NCBI GenBank assembly: GCA_036172245.1
Contig: JAYWIR010000006.1
Location: 3,162,001-3,226,000, forward strand
Direction: 5' to 3'
Origin: Raillietiella orientalis
Lineage: Eukaryota
Length of the DNA: 64,000 bases
The position numbers and the translations under genes were made by a program. Shown here one piece after another: positions 35,723 through 49,440 of the stretch (its first letter is position 1; every line of letters starts with the position of its first letter). A model generated the notes under the pieces. The model was not told where the DNA came from, did no database searches, and worked only from the letters and a program-made list of their open reading frames with translations.

Positions 35723-38700
35723 GTGAGCCGGTTAATCAGCACTCACTGTGACGCCAGATATTGCGCGATCCTTCCTCCGTGAAAGAATGTTTCATTTTGA
35801 ATTCATTAGTTTGCTTGAGGGAGCGCAAACCCACAGAAAAATAGGAGAGGCGGGCGCAGAGGAGCGCCGCGCGAGATACAAAGTGCGAAGAAAGCAAAAA
35901 ATAGACAGGAGGGGGGGAGGAAAGGAAAAGAAGAAGAAGAAGAAGAAGAAGAAGAGGAGGAGGAGAGGGAGAGAGAGGGAGAAAAAAAACGCGAGATAAA
36001 AATAAAATCGCGTAGCCATGATACATGCCAAGAGGCGAATGTTTCTTGTGCCAGCTTCAGTCGACGGGTTAGATGAGAGAGAGAGAGAGGCAATGAGAGA
36101 GCAGAAGGAGGCTGTGTGCATCCAGGAGCCTTCAACGTGAAATTTTTTCAAAAGGCGGACGTGTATTTTTGGCGGGAATTTTTTTTTTCTTCTCTCTCTC
36201 TCTCTTTTTTTTTTTTTTCCTTCTTCATTTTTTTGGAGGTCCTTCGCTAAGGTTTTTTTTTTTTTTTTTTTTTCTCGGTCTCGGAAATGGCGAGCGAATC
36301 GTCAGAATTTCTCGTTCCACGCTGCCGGCTTTTCATTTATTATTTTATTTTATTTTTCCTTTTTCTCCTTCCCCCCCCATCCTCCCCTCCTCCTGGTGGT
36401 GAGGGGCAACGGCGTGCCTGGTGTTTGGTGTGCCTGGTGTGGAAAACGGCGAAGCGCCGTCGTCCTGGTAACGATGCAAACAGGGGACGGGGGAAAACAG
36501 AAGCGATAGCCCGCGCTTACGTGTTGCGTTCTTTGGAGTACGGTTTGGCGCGCGCGTCGCTCGTTTCTGCGGCGACGTAGCAGCAGCAGCAGCAGGAGAG
36601 GCGAGCGGATTTCCGGTGAGGGAGGCGGAGCGCACCCATCAAGGGGGAGGGGGGGGAGGGGGGTCGCGTGGACGCGACGCGAGGTCGCGGCCAAGAAGGC
36701 AACCGAGGGGCCAAACTGCGCGCCGTAGGGAGAGCTGCTTTTCCGTCTCGAGGCTTGCGCGGAGCACGCAGCTGACTTGGGAACCAAACACACGCCCACG
36801 GGGAGATGGGTGCAAATTGACATCTTCCATCATGGGAAGGCAGTATCTTGGATACAGAAAAGCAGATGTCGATAAATTCTGTAATTAAAGCATCTTTCTT
36901 CGTTTTTTTGCCTCCTTTCACATGGCGTGCGCGTCTCGCTTTCCGGCTCCGTGCGCTGCTGCGAATTAGCTGGCGGAGTGCGCGGGAACGTCATTCATTA
37001 GCAGCAATTACCACAGTCCGCGCTGCTGCCGCTGCTGCTGCTGCGAGAGACAACGGCGGTGCTGCTGGTCTCTCGTACGCGTGGTGTCTGCCTCCTTCCC
37101 TACTTCTTCCCCGCTTCTTGCGCGCGCGCACGAGAGAGCGGCAGTCGCCGCGGCTGCGTCCATCAACGGTTGCAAAACTGCGAGGCGAGGGAGGAAGAGG
37201 AGCCGGCGTGCTGGTGGTGGTTTCCCGGTGGGGCCGTCGCGCGCGCGGTTCGTGGGTGGCAGTCGATTCCCGCCGGACGCGTAGCGTCCTCCCCCGGGGC
37301 AGAGCACCGTCGGCGTCGCGCGCCCCCTCGCCTTCTTTCCGGGGGCTGCGGATGGGTTCCTGTGCGCCTCCTCCTCGTTCCTGTCCGCGGTCGGGGTCTC
37401 GCGTTTTTGCTCGGGTCAGGGGTGCTTGGGACGGGAAGGCAGGAGGAAGAGGGCAAGGAAGAAGGGCTAGGCTCCTTTGCTTGCACCAGGTCCCGATAGA
37501 AGGAAGAGCGTCACTCGGGTTCCGCTCTTAAGATCCCGAAGGAGTTGGACGGATGGTGCAAGGCGTCTCCCAGAGCGCGGGGCTTGCGTCGGAATGCCGC
37601 GGTCGGCACGGGATCGTCGTCCCGGGAAGAGGGGGAAGCCGCCGCCGCGCCAGAGCGACTCCGGGCGACAAATTGCTGGCGTCGGTGAATAGAAGTTCAC
37701 GGGCGGGAAGAGAGGGCGAGGCGCGCTCGGCGGTCCCAAAGGGACCTACGCGCACACCTCCTTCCTTTCCGCGAGCGTGCGTTAGTGTCGTCGGCAGCGC
37801 CGTAGTAGGTCTTGGGGCGACCTCGAGGGACGCTGCTATCTGCCCCTATCGCTCGCTCCCGGCGCTAATGCGTCGCCGGTGCCGTGGCGAGATGGATGGT
37901 GAAGTTGCCGCCGAAGATAACGCTCGTCGGAGGAGGGAAGGGAGGAAGAAGAAGGAAACGAACAACAAGGTGACCGCCGCCGCAGCGCCGAAGACCCTGC
38001 TGATACGTCGCTTATCTTCGTGTATAGAGGAAGAGCGCGCCCTCATGATTACTGGCTCGGTCGACGTCGAAATGCTTTTGGACCCTCCGAGCGCCACCTG
38101 CACGGGTGGAAGGGAGCGTTTTTATCGGCTTCGTTCCTGGCAGCCGCCAAGGACACCCGCCCAGTCGGGTCCTTCCAGCCGAGTTCTGAAACGGCAGCAG
38201 CAGCAGCAGCCGCAATGGATGGAGAGGTTCCTCGGCTTTCCGTGGCGTGCGGCTGCCGTGCAACAGAGACTCTGCTAGAGCTTCCTGTTTTCCCTGGCAC
38301 CGAGGATGTTTGGAGTGGGTCAGCTCACCCTGGCTCCCTCCTTCCTCTTGTGCGAGTACGCGCGTTTTTCCCCGTCTCCTCGGCACCTTTTCGTGATACC
38401 CTCGCACGACGGCGAGCTCGTTGCTGCGTGCACCAAAGTTCGCAACAGGACCCCCGATGCCCGTTCCCGTTTACCAGGCTGGAGATCCGCGCCGCGTTCC
38501 CGTGGAAACCGCACCTGCGTTTTTTTTTTTGCTTTTTTTTTTTTTTCTCTCTCTCTCTCCGGAGGTGCACTTTTTTTGCAACCCGCTGTGCCCAGCCGCT
38601 GTGCTCTGCGAGGTCAAAGCGAGGGTGTTTGCCGAGGAAACTCAGCTTTTCGGCAGGCTCTTCTGCCCACGGAGCCCAGAGCGATTAGGATGTAAAGGCG

Positions 38701-39339
38701 CTGGAACAGAAAGATTCCTCACTCGAAAGCAATTTGCGCCGAGCAGGCTCATAAAAAGCAGATTCGGAAATCACGTGCTCGAGATGTTCGTCCTTCTGCC
38801 AGTGGATTCGACACTGCCAGGCTGTGTTTCCCCACCGGGCCCGCCGAGAACACGATTCCGCCTGCACGAACTGCTTTATTTAAAAACAAAAAACAAAACA
38901 AAACAAAAACAACGTTGAAAAAAAAAATAACAATAATGAAACGAGCTAAAAATAATAGGGTGCGCTGGCAACACGGCGCGGTGTTGTGTTCTTTGTTGAG
39001 CACCTTTAGGTTTCGGGAAGGGGGGGGGGGGATTTTTCCTAGGCTAAAAAATCCCTACCGCTGCGCTGTTTTCTCCTTTTTCTTTTTTTCTTTCTTTCTT
39101 TCCTTTTTTTTTTTTTTTTTTTGCCTTTTGCACCGTATTTACTGCTTCGCTGCAGCAAAAACCCCGGCACAGCATGGCGGAAAGGTAAATCGTTTTTCAA
39201 CGATGATAATACCTTGTATCCATTCCTGAGGTCGTAATTCTTTCTTCTCGCGTGACGAATGCGAACTCTTCAAAGGGGTCAACGCAACCTGAGCAGATTT
39301 TTTGTTTTTTTTTTTTTGGACAATTTCCATCGCAGGCCC

Positions 39340-39460
39340 TGCAGCTATTCAATTAAAAATAGCCATTTATATACACAAATAGTAGTAATAGCCTTCATTA
39401 TTAAAATGTTGCCATCTCCTGCCTGATAAATGAAAGAATTTACCATCTTTTCATTTATCG
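39340..39460. promoter_or_regulatory. AT-rich unique island with MEF2-type and GATA motifs
   Basis: TTAAAAATAG 39353-39362 (YTAW4TAR), TGATAA ~39424, several TAAT/ATTA cores. Confidence 0.3.
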
Positions 39461-42199
39461 CTGCGCTGCGTACCTTACCGAAACGCGCGGATGGATGGGT
39501 GGATTCCTCAGCGTACACATTCCTCAGCGTATGCTCCAGGGAGCGCAGTTTTCCCGATTGCCGGCGATGTTTTGTATACGCACAAAGGTAGGCCGTAGGG
39601 CTGGCTGCTGTTTGGCCCCCGTCCTCTTTCGTCGTTTCTCTCCAATCCTCATCCTAACCTACGGCGGTGTCTGGGCGATCCGTGTGTTGCGGGAGTGGTG
39701 CGCCACGGTCGACCCCCGTGTGTGCTGCGCGTGTGCCGTTCATTGTTGTCGTTGCCATCGCGACCCCACGGTCGGGATTTTCCCCTGTTCTTTTCCGTTG
39801 CGGAACGCGTGCGAGCGGATCGACATGTGCGTTTCGACGAAAGTTTTCGCGGTAAAAAAGGGAGAACCTTGAACTTTCTGATTGCACCGCCTTTTTTTCC
39901 TTCTTCTTGTTGCATTCTGTAATGGCGGATTCCAAGTTTTGCAAAGACTTCCTTTGAAACTGAAAACAGTAAAAAAAAAAAAAAAAAGAAGAGAGAGGGA
40001 GAGCTCGAGAGAGAGAGACAAAGGCACCCAGAAAAGCAATCGCACGTAGAATACCACCGTTTATGGCTTCAATTTTGAATATTTTTTAATGGGGACCTAT
40101 TCCTGCCGCTGTTCGCCAACTCGTAGCCCCGTGCGTACGAAGGAGTTCACAGTTATCACTGACAGCCAGGAACGATTTCAGGCTCTCGGAGGGTTGTTAT
40201 TATTAATGCCTCAGGTCCTCTCTCCTTTAACATTTTTATCGTGATAACGCATACTACAAAGTCGTTCATCTATTAATACCTGCGCGCCGTGTCGAGGTGC
40301 AATGGCCGCGCGGTGCGTCGACTTATTGGGATAAACCTGTCATGGTTTCAATTTAGTCGAACAAATCAATCAGGAGGAAGCTGGCAAAGGTGAAAATGAA
40401 TTTAATCGTTTTGTGTCTTTCCTTAACCCCCCCTCCCCCCCCAGCTTCTTTTATAGATGGATTTTTTTTTTTTGTGTGCGTCTCATGTCCTGGAGAGGGA
40501 TGGCAGGCTCGAATCAGACTTAGTTCCTACGTTCTCTAAGAGAAAGATAAGAAGCAACTTGTTTAGGTAATTCGTCGTTGCCCAGTGCGGGCGCACAAAC
40601 AGCGTTGCCCAAACACCGTGGTCGCTGCTTCTTTCTGTCCTCGTCACACGAAAGGAAGGACTTTTTTTTTTTTAATTCATCTGTTTATATATATATGTAT
40701 GTAATTGAAAAAAAATATGCGTGTTCCTTCATGCGTGAGACGATTGCCGAAGACCTGACAGCGTCCACGGTGTTTCGCGAACGCCGGACGCGCAAGAGAA
40801 CACTACCGTGCACGGTATGGCAGCTCATCCCTGAGTGATGTCCACCTGTTACTCGGCGGAGCGAGACTGGACTCGCCTCCGAGCTGGCTCCGAGAGCGCG
40901 GGACGATTTGTCTGAAGAGGCAGCCAGCTTTCCGCCGAGCTCGCCCTCCTACCTTTAGGGTGGCACCCCGGAGGGTAGGCTGGCAGTGCAGCAGCTCCGG
41001 TTTCTCCGTGTCCACCACCCGGGGGACTGCACTCGAAGCCCCGGAGCAAACGATGCAGGCGCCTCGAATGAAAGGGTCGCTCCGGAAAGTGGGATGGAAG
41101 ACTTATGTAGAGAAGGGAGCGAAAATGAAGGCATATCTCCTCAGCCCTGCGGGCAAATCGACTGCCTATGCGCGCGCGGCGGGCCAGGAAGGGTCTCCCT
41201 TCGTTTCCGCCTGCTGCCTCAGACAGCAGCAAAAACGCCTTCGTGGACATCTGTAGCACGCGCGCGTGCGGGACACGCGAAAGTTGCACCACCGTGGTAC
41301 GTCCACGCCTGGTCCCTCACACTCTCACCTGTCCCGGCGTGCACCGCCCGCGGACCACGTGGGCTCGACCCTCAAAAGCGTTACGTACCGATTGTGCCTA
41401 CGAGAAACGCGTCCGCACTTGGCAACCAATCTGTCAGGGCGTGCGCAGGGAATTTCACCTCGTTTTTTCCTTTTTCGCCTAGTCTTTGCGCGCCGTCCGT
41501 CTGAAAGGACCCACCGAAGAAGTGGTCCCTCCCCCTCCCGCGCGCGCGCGCTGAGCCACCGTTCCCGCCGTAACCTTTAAGAGGAGAGCTTTCAATTCTC
41601 GGACCGTTTTGGTAGCCTCTCTCACAGTCCTCCGATCTGTCCATTTTCTTTCTTTCTTTCTTTTTATTTCGTGTTTGCCTGTGTATTCACTTTTCATTAT
41701 CAAGGTCACTGAATGACACTTGCTTGGGAACACGTTTTTTTTTTTTTTTTTTTTCTTGCGCAGTTTCGGAAAGTGATCACGCAAAACGCGACTCCACTCT
41801 GCGGTCCGCTGCCGCCGCCGGTTAAAAGTTTCGAGCCGTTTCTTAAACGGGTCCAATAAATGCCTTCGGATGGCCCGAGAGCACGTGTTTTATTAGGTTG
41901 TAGCTGTTGTTTGGAACACAAGCTGCGTGGCTGGCGATGAGACGCGAACGTGTGTGTGCGCGGGCGTGTGCAACTAGTTGCTTTCTCGGCGTCCTCCTGG
42001 CCTGGGTAACGGACGGGCAGGATTCTCCGCAGACTCCGTTTCTCGTCGCGGAGGTGCCTCTCCGTGTAGCTGCCGGCGGACACTGGTGTGCGTGCTACAC
42101 GTCGCGCACGTGGTCAGGGGTTCCCCATCTCTCCCCCACCTGTCCCTCCCTCTTCTCCCGAAGATTTTTCAGCCCGCTGCCTTCTTCTTCTTCTTCTTC

Positions 42200-42231
<32 letters not shown>

Positions 42232-42599
42232 AGAAGATCCCCTGCCGTTCGTGACAACGGTCACTCAAGTGAGCGCTCACTAGAGGGTTCGTTCCGCTCC
42301 GAAGGTCCTCGTGGGACTTCGCTTTGGCGCACAATTTCATTAAGCAGCTCGGTGTCTTCGACGGGCATTTGCATATCCCCTCTGCGAAGACGAGAGGTTT
42401 TCCGGTAGGCTTCCGTCTTCGGCCGGCCTTCCTCCCGGGATCGCTGATTCCTCGGTCAACAAGAACTCGAAAGGAAAAAAAAATCTATTTTTTTTTTTAA
42501 TTAGCGCCTTCTTCGTCTACCGGGAGGCGGATGTGCTCTTCTAGGCGTTCTCCGGAAAAAGAGAGAGGCACTTCAAGTCCGCCGGTTCCGTGAATCCAT

Positions 42600-43200
42600 T
42601 TACCTCGCCTCGCTGTTGAAAACTGGCGCGAATGGTGGAGCGCCGCCGATTCCTTCTGGTCGTCGTCTCGGAAACGCATCGGCCCGCCGTGTGTGCGCTG
42701 CTAGCTTGGGTGTCCATGCACTCAGAAGGGAAGGAAGGGCTGGAGAGATCGATCGAAGAACGTCTCAGTGATGGCCAGGGTCCTTCGTGCATAACGGACT
42801 CCCAGATGTCTTACGGCATTTTCTTCTCTCTCCCTTTCTCTCTTTCCCAATGTTCGAAACCACATGCCACAATGGGACAGGGTCCCCGTGGCAGAAGTCC
42901 CCGTCCCCTTTTCGGTTAGGTGTTGGCATTTCCAAATCCCTCGTGTGGAGGGAAGCTGCCGCGCGCCTCATTCAGCGCTGGGTGCGCGCGGAAATCCACC
43001 TCGGTGTCCATCCTGGGGGGGGGGGAGTTCACGGAAGTCGGGAATTCTCGCGTCACCTAATCGTGGGAGTGACTTCTCGCACCGTGTCCGCTGCTTGGAA
43101 CGGCCGTTATGATTCGATCATTGCCGTGCTGGTGAATCTTCTTGAATCGAGCCGGACACCCTTCTTCCTTGACAACGGCGGCCGATCGTTGAAATCGTGA
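42600..43200 (-). mobile_element. Decayed non-LTR RT fragment
   Basis: Minus-strand KKGVRLDSRRFTSTAMI (LGV.LDS.L.F..HI-like) followed by QR*MRRAAASLHT. Confidence 0.4.
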
Positions 43201-43329
43201 CAGCACGTTTGGGAGAGGTAGGGGTCATCACCACCCAGGGCGGTCCGTGGGTACAGCGAACGGAGTGTCTGTGGGAACGCATCCGTTTCCCTCCTCCCCC
43301 CTTCCCCCCGCGAGTGAGTTCAAAGCCTT

Positions 43330-43400
43330 CCGTGACAGCGGAGTGGTCCGATGGTGCCATCTCGTGTCCGCGGAGCGAAGGGTTCGCTCCCCGCTCTCCA
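43330..43400 (+). mobile_element. tRNA-derived SINE head (degenerate)
   Basis: A-box-like GACAGCGGAGTGGT and B-box-like GGTTCGCTCCC (~43381). Confidence 0.35.
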
Positions 43401-44249
43401 GCCTGGGGAGCACCTCCAGTTCCCTTCGTCGCCCCACTGCTCGACGTCTCGTCTCATCTCGCGTAATTTCGATGTCGACTCCCCAGTTCGGCTGTTCCGA
43501 TCCGCGCTCGCGCTCGGGATCCTACGGGTTCCCCTGGAACCCGCGCGTGGTGGCTCTCCCGTGCAAGAACCCCCCGGTTCCATTCGTTTTTACCCAAACT
43601 TTTTTACCGGGAAGAGCGGCAAGCGAAAGGAAAACAGCGAGAACGATGGAGAGAACTCATTCCTGCATTGGATTTGTGTGTCCGCCGTTGTCATCGCGCG
43701 CGTTCCCTGCCCCCTACCCCCACCCCTCTTCCTTTTTGTTTGTTTTTCATCTTAAGCGTGCAAAGTGACCAAACTCTTAATTAACGGAGCCGACTGCGCT
43801 GTCGTGTGCAGTGCGTCCGGAGCTGCCGTTTCCAGGTTTCCCAGCATGCTGCAGGAAATGTTTTCATCAGGAGCCCATGGCATGTGCAGGAGAAATGCTC
43901 ACCCATCCGCCATCCTTTGGCCGGGCGACCGCCTCTTGAAGGGTGGCAAAAGCACGGCACAGTGAAGCGCGCTCGAAAGCTGCGTGTCGACGACGTGTTC
44001 CCCCCCTCTCTCCCCTCCCCCGCCCTATCCTTCCCTTCTGCTTTGCGCTTCCCATTCCCCGTATTCCCGTCTGGTGCTGTTCGCTGTGATTTTTGTTTTC
44101 GTCGGCTGCTGCAGGAGTCGAAGCGGTGGGCCGGAGACTCGCTTGCTTGGTGCTGACCCACCCTCGGACGTGTGCACCGGCATCCGAGGCGTGCTACGAG
44201 GTGCACACGTCGGGTGCCAGGTACGGTCTCAGCTGCCTCTTCCTTGCTG

Positions 44250-44890
44250 CCGTGTGCTCTGTGACCTCCGAAACGAAGGCCCGCGTTGCACCAGGCGTCG
44301 CGGGTCCAAATCCCGCCCGAGGAAGGATCGACTCTGAGAAATGGGTGCGTCGTGGGTTTCGAGTCCCTCCCGATGACGCTGGTTGGCACTCAGGCTTCGA
44401 GGACAGCCCAGAGCCGGATGCTCTCGTTGACTGGCCGCCTGCTTTGGAAGTGGACGCTCCTGGGTCCTTCCAGGAGCGCTTCGGGATTCCCCTCCGGCTG
44501 TGAAAAGGGAGCCGTATGATGGAGCTGGTTCATAGTCCACAAGGGGGGGGAGGGGGGAAGAAGTCGCCTCTCCAGAGTATGAGAAACGCACCTCTCGCTT
44601 TGGGGAGCGCCCCCAGGATTCTCTTCGGAGGACGTAGCAAGGAGCGCTTCCCTTGAAGATTCCCTCCGCAGAAGAAACGAGGAGAGACCGCGACAAACCG
44701 GAGGGTTCCTCCGGAAAGAGCGAGGAAGAGGGTTTTTCCCTACCAAGCGTGAGAGGAACGGACTCTTTTCCCGGATTCATAGGGTGGTTTCTTCCTGGGG
44801 TGGTTTGTCCCTATGTCTCGAAGAGTCAACGTGCACCCCCGGATGGTGTAGACGGCGTTAAAGAGCCGCGTGAGTCCCTCCTAAGGTGGC
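44250..44890 (+). mobile_element. ~0.7-kb tRNA-headed SINE-like element, copy A
   Basis: Colinear similarity with 56161-56910 (e.g. aatcccgcccg..ggaaggatcgac, gatgacgctggt, tccttccagga, tgtgaaaagg.agccgt, gcaaggagcg.ttccctt, ggattc.tagggtgg); decayed B-box GGTCCAAATCC 44303-44313. Confidence 0.8.
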
Positions 44891-45705
44891 AAGGGGCGCT
44901 TAGCAGCAGATCCCCTGCACCCCCCTCCCCCCCCCCCCCAAAAAAAAAGAAAAGAAAAGAAAAGCAAACGAGCGTTTTGGGAGGGAAAGAAAGGGGGGAG
45001 GGGGAGGCACAACGGGGAGGCTCGGTGGAATGTCATCCAGGTTGTTCGTTGTTGTTGCAGTTGCCATCATCGCTCGCAGCACGCGTTTCGGGGGCGCTTT
45101 CTATTTTTGCTGCGGCGCTCGCCTTTGTTTGTTCCATTTCGCCGCATGGTTGGCACTTTCAGCAGCTCCCATCCGTCCTTTCAGCTGTTGTTGCGCGTCT
45201 CCATGGTTTCAAAATCTTGTCCGTGACGCTTGTTTTTTTCGAACCGTTTTGTGCCCGAAACGGTGCATAAACTCGCGGTGTTTCGCGTTCCCATGCCCTC
45301 GCCGTATTGCTCGAGACGGGCGGTTTGTCATCCGCCGCGTGTGTACCTTTTGATTCTGCAAATAAATCTCGAGGAAATTTATCTAAGGCGCGCTCATGCG
45401 CTCGTCAAACAGCAGCGGATTTCCATGCGCGCGCGCGCGCGCGAGTGTCATCTGCTCTTCTCTCTCCGTCGCCGTCTCTTCCTTTCCTTGGTAACCACGT
45501 CGGGAGAGCGCGCGTCCCGTCGTCCTCCCTGTTCGAAGGATGCCGCGCGCGCGATCTTCCGCGGAACCGGGAGACGTGCTGCAGGGGGAACGCGCGCGAC
45601 CCTCGGTTTTCACTTACGATGATGACCGAACGGCTAACCCAGCGCGGGATTATCGCTTGTCCCCTCCCCCCCCCCCCACGAGAGGGGGGGAGGGAGGGCT
45701 CCGCT

Positions 45706-45730
45706 GATTGCGATGGCAACCCTGTAAACA
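45706..45730. promoter_or_regulatory. X-box-like + forkhead composite motif
   Basis: GATTGCGATGGCAAC followed 2 nt later by TGTAAACA. Confidence 0.4.
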
Positions 45731-46499
45731 GTGGCGATTTGCATGTGCGCGCGCCTATTTTTACGAGCGCTTCGATTTCGCGATCCGAAACCAAACAACC
45801 TGGAGGTGCGGAGGCTGGATTCGGGAGCACGGGACCCCGAATCTCGTCCGCGGGCGCTCCGCGGAAGCATCTGCGAGGAGGCTCAGCCGGGGTGGGTCGT
45901 CGTCGTGCGGATCTCTCGGTGCGAGGATGCGCGCGACCCAACGGGAGAGAATGCCTTCCCACAAAATGCACGGGAGGGGGGAGGGAGGGGGGAGGGGAAA
46001 AAAAAAAAAAAAAAAGAAAGAAAGAAAGAAAAAAGAAAAACTCGGTGCCTTGCGTTTGTTTGTGTAAGCACAGTGCCATCATAAATCATGAATCTTTTCT
46101 CACGATGCTCTTAAGCAATGTGTGTCTACTTAAACGTGGAAAGGCGAGGGAGGGGGAGGGAAGGGGGGGGGGGGAAGGGAAGAGACACACAGAGCGAAAG
46201 CGGTGTGGACGAATACGTTGCTGGCGTATCACGCATGTGTACACGAGTCAGCGTGTAGGCATTTCGCAGAACGCGAGCACGTGATCTGCTTACGAGCGTG
46301 CTGTTTGCAGCGGCGGCAGCAAAGCGGGCGGCAGCAGGCCCGTTGCGTCTCCCTGTCGGCCAGGAGACCTGCGCTGCCTTCTTCCGGAGGTCGGAAGGGG
46401 GGGGGGGGGGGTTCGGAACGGATTCTCGCCTTCGTCCCGAGCCCGCGACCTCCCCTCCCTGCAAGAGTGCCAAGCGTGAGGCACGTCCAGGAAGGGTGA

Positions 46500-47130
46500 C
46501 CCTCCCTCCTTCCTCCGCCCCTCAGGCATCCGAAGCTGCCCTCCTCAAACGGAGGTCTCGAGCGGTCTCTCTCAACCCCGACCTGGAAGCTGGACGCTTC
46601 CCGGAGCTGCGCTCCAGCCTCCGGTGCACTCGGGAGGAGCAGCGGCCAACGAGTGGGTTGTGCGTCGAGCCGTCGGGGGGAGAGGAAGAAAGGAAGGGAC
46701 TCTGGTCGAGGCAGGGGAAAGGTGCCTCGAGCGTGGTTTCCACGGCTGCTAAGCAACGTAAGCTCCCAATTCGCTCTTCTGCGTTGGGGGATCCGTTGTC
46801 GTAGGTGATCGCATTCCGCAGCGTGGCAGCGGCGTGGGTTTCATGCACCCCCTTCCCCCTCCCTCCCTCTGCTCGAAAACCGCCGGTCGATGCGCCCAGC
46901 CGCCCCTCCGGGTGGAGGAGTGTTTCGGGGTGGCCGTCGCACGAGGGCAGCGGCGGCGACTTCGTCCTTGCAGCAGCGGCGCCCCCTTCCCCCGTGCGCT
47001 GCTCACACCGTGTTTCCTTGTCGTGTCGGAGGTGGCCAACTTTGGAGGTCGCCAAATTTTCGTTCGCGAATGCCGTCGTCTCCGGCAGTGCCCGCGGGGG
47101 CTTTCCGGCCTCAGCGTTTCTCAGCCTCCC
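46500..47130 (-). mobile_element. Possible decayed non-LTR RT fragment
   Basis: TTAFANENLATSK (AFADDL-like) and LRNAITYDNG (LRYLGI..D-like) at plausible spacing; weak. Confidence 0.3.
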
Positions 47131-47149
47131 CTTTTCCGACATAGGAACC

Positions 47150-47710
47150 ATCTCTACCTATCTATCTGTATCTACATATGGATAGATGTGGATATATATA
47201 TGTGTGTGTGTATACATATATATTCATGTATATGTATATAGATATAGGTACACGTAGATGCACATACATACATACATATGTATCTATCTATCTATATATA
47301 CGTGTCCATCTAGATCGATATCTATACATATTAATAGACGCAGATACACTTATTTATCTGTATAGATGGATAAAGATATGCCTAGATACATATAGATGTA
47401 GTTAGTATGAATATAGCTATATACTTATATCTGTTCATGTGTACATGTGTGTAGATACATGTAGATAGACGTAGCCGTGGATTGATAGGCAGATAGATAT
47501 GGACGTAGATAGGCAGATGCGCGATTACTCCAAGAGAACTCCGAGAACAAATTGAGAACCGAAAGTCGTTGCAAGAGAGAGGTCATCATTGCCTCTGTTT
47601 CGGTACGATCGCCATACCAAAATCCTTGCAAAATATATGTGTCTATTTACGTATGTACTCGTATCTATGTATCTATCTATAAATATACATATATATATAT
47701 ATATATATAC
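47150..47710. repeat. Degenerate AT-rich (TA/TAGA/TACA)n simple-repeat island
   Basis: Mosaic of atat, tcta, taga and taca units at 47150-47520 and 47630-47710, contrasting with GC-rich flanks. Confidence 0.85.
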
Positions 47711-49343
47711 ATAAAAGTTTTCGAGGTGAAAGTGAAACGGATGCACCTCCAACAGTCCCTGCATTTCGTACGTAATGGTTTCTTGCTCGTCACACACACA
47801 CACACACACGCAGGAGGGTGGCTGGCTGGTGGTGGGTCCAGTGGGTTGGTGGGTTGTGGTTTGTCGCATGCGGTAGCGCGTGCTCGTTGATGACATGCAC
47901 GCATGCGCCTTATCTGGACCGGGATCCCCGAAGACCGCGGGCCAACTTTGCCTCCCCTGGAAGACGTCCTGCGTCACTATCGCGAATTACGTGCAGCACC
48001 ACCTCATCCCCCATTCCGATCGCGAGCGGATCTTCCTCCCGTTGCCATAGCCGACTTCGCTCTCGTCCCCTTGTTCGCGTCGTTGCCGGGGTGTGACCGG
48101 AACATCGCTCCTGGTGCCGCCTGCCACTAGCCCGAGGAGGGACTTTGGAGGGCGTTGGGGGGGGGGGGGGTCATTTCTCGCTGTTCGCCGGTGCGGGATC
48201 ACCGGCCGCGCTCCCTCTCTCTCTCTTCCTGATGGACTGTTGCCAGGATCTGTCGCTCGGTGTTTGCGATAATCCTGACGGTGTCGTGGCGGCGTCGCAA
48301 GCCGTAATTCGACATCGCACACTTTCCAGTGCCTCCCTGATTTTACAGTGCACGCGAGCGCCACCGATGCCTGGCACCAATTTATTTTATGTACCCAAGT
48401 TGCTTTCGCGTGCACGTAACCGCCAGGTGTTGCCTGGTGGCGAACGCCGTTTTATCCGGCCGTTAGGGCTCGTCAGCGTGCCTGACTTTGTGCTGTGTCA
48501 CCGCCGTGACTGTTGGCAACCGTTGCGCAGGGAACGCGCGGAAAAGTAGTGTTTGTGCACACTGCATCGTGATTCATCAGCCGATCCGCCTGCGTCGCAT
48601 CGTTACAGCCTCGCCGTGCGGTTGCGTTGCTACTGCCAGCTCCGAGGGCCTTTTCCTCTTTTCAGAAAAATCTCTTTCTTTTTGCTAACTCTGCGCGCGC
48701 GCGTCGAGCTTTTGCTTTCACGGCGGCCATCATCCCGTGCTGCCTGTGAGGAAAGGGATATGGGTCGCGGGAGCCGGTTTCGCCCTCTTCCTCTCCCCCC
48801 CCCCCCTTCCCCTCCGAGGGCACCGCCTTCCTTCCACCTTCTTTCGTGAGCCACGACGAAGTTTCGCCAGCCTGTCCCGGTGTCGGGCAGAAGAGGATGC
48901 GGCTGCAGGAATGCAGGCGCCGTGCAAGAAGAATTCGGGGAAATCCGGCGAGATTGATGAGCGCTCCCGCCGCCGCCCTGCGAGCGTAGGAGCCGTTCGC
49001 GGGGTGCCCGCATCCCCCCCCCCCCCGGCACGTTGCATTCTCCTTGTTTGCTCTCCCAGTTTCCAGTTGCCGGCTTTTTTTTTTTTCTTTCTTTCCTTTT
49101 TTTTTTTTTTATTATTATTATTCATGCAGTCGGGAGTCCTCCGCACGCGTCTTCGCCGTGGATATGTGTACAGATGTTTGTTTCGCGGCGGGTTTGTGTG
49201 CGTTCCTGTGACACACATTCGATAAAGCTTGCTGGGAGATGCACCTCTCGTTCGAAACACGAACAGAACTCGCATCATTATGCGATCACAGCGGGGACCA
49301 CTCTGCGAAGAGACCACGCCTTCCTCTCTCCCCCCCCTCCCTG

Positions 49344-49348
<5 letters not shown>

Positions 49349-49389
<41 letters not shown>
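49349..49389. repeat. (CT)n microsatellite
   Basis: Directly visible. Confidence 0.95.
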
Positions 49390-49393
<4 letters not shown>

Positions 49394-49440
49394 AACATCT
49401 GTCTTCAAACTTTTTTGGAAAATCTGAGCAGATGGTGAGT
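49390..49440 (+). other. Candidate exon end with terminal ATG (CAGATG|GTGAGT)
   Basis: ATG 49432-49434 directly followed by the consensus donor GTGAGT, just downstream of a (CT)n tract. Confidence 0.3.
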
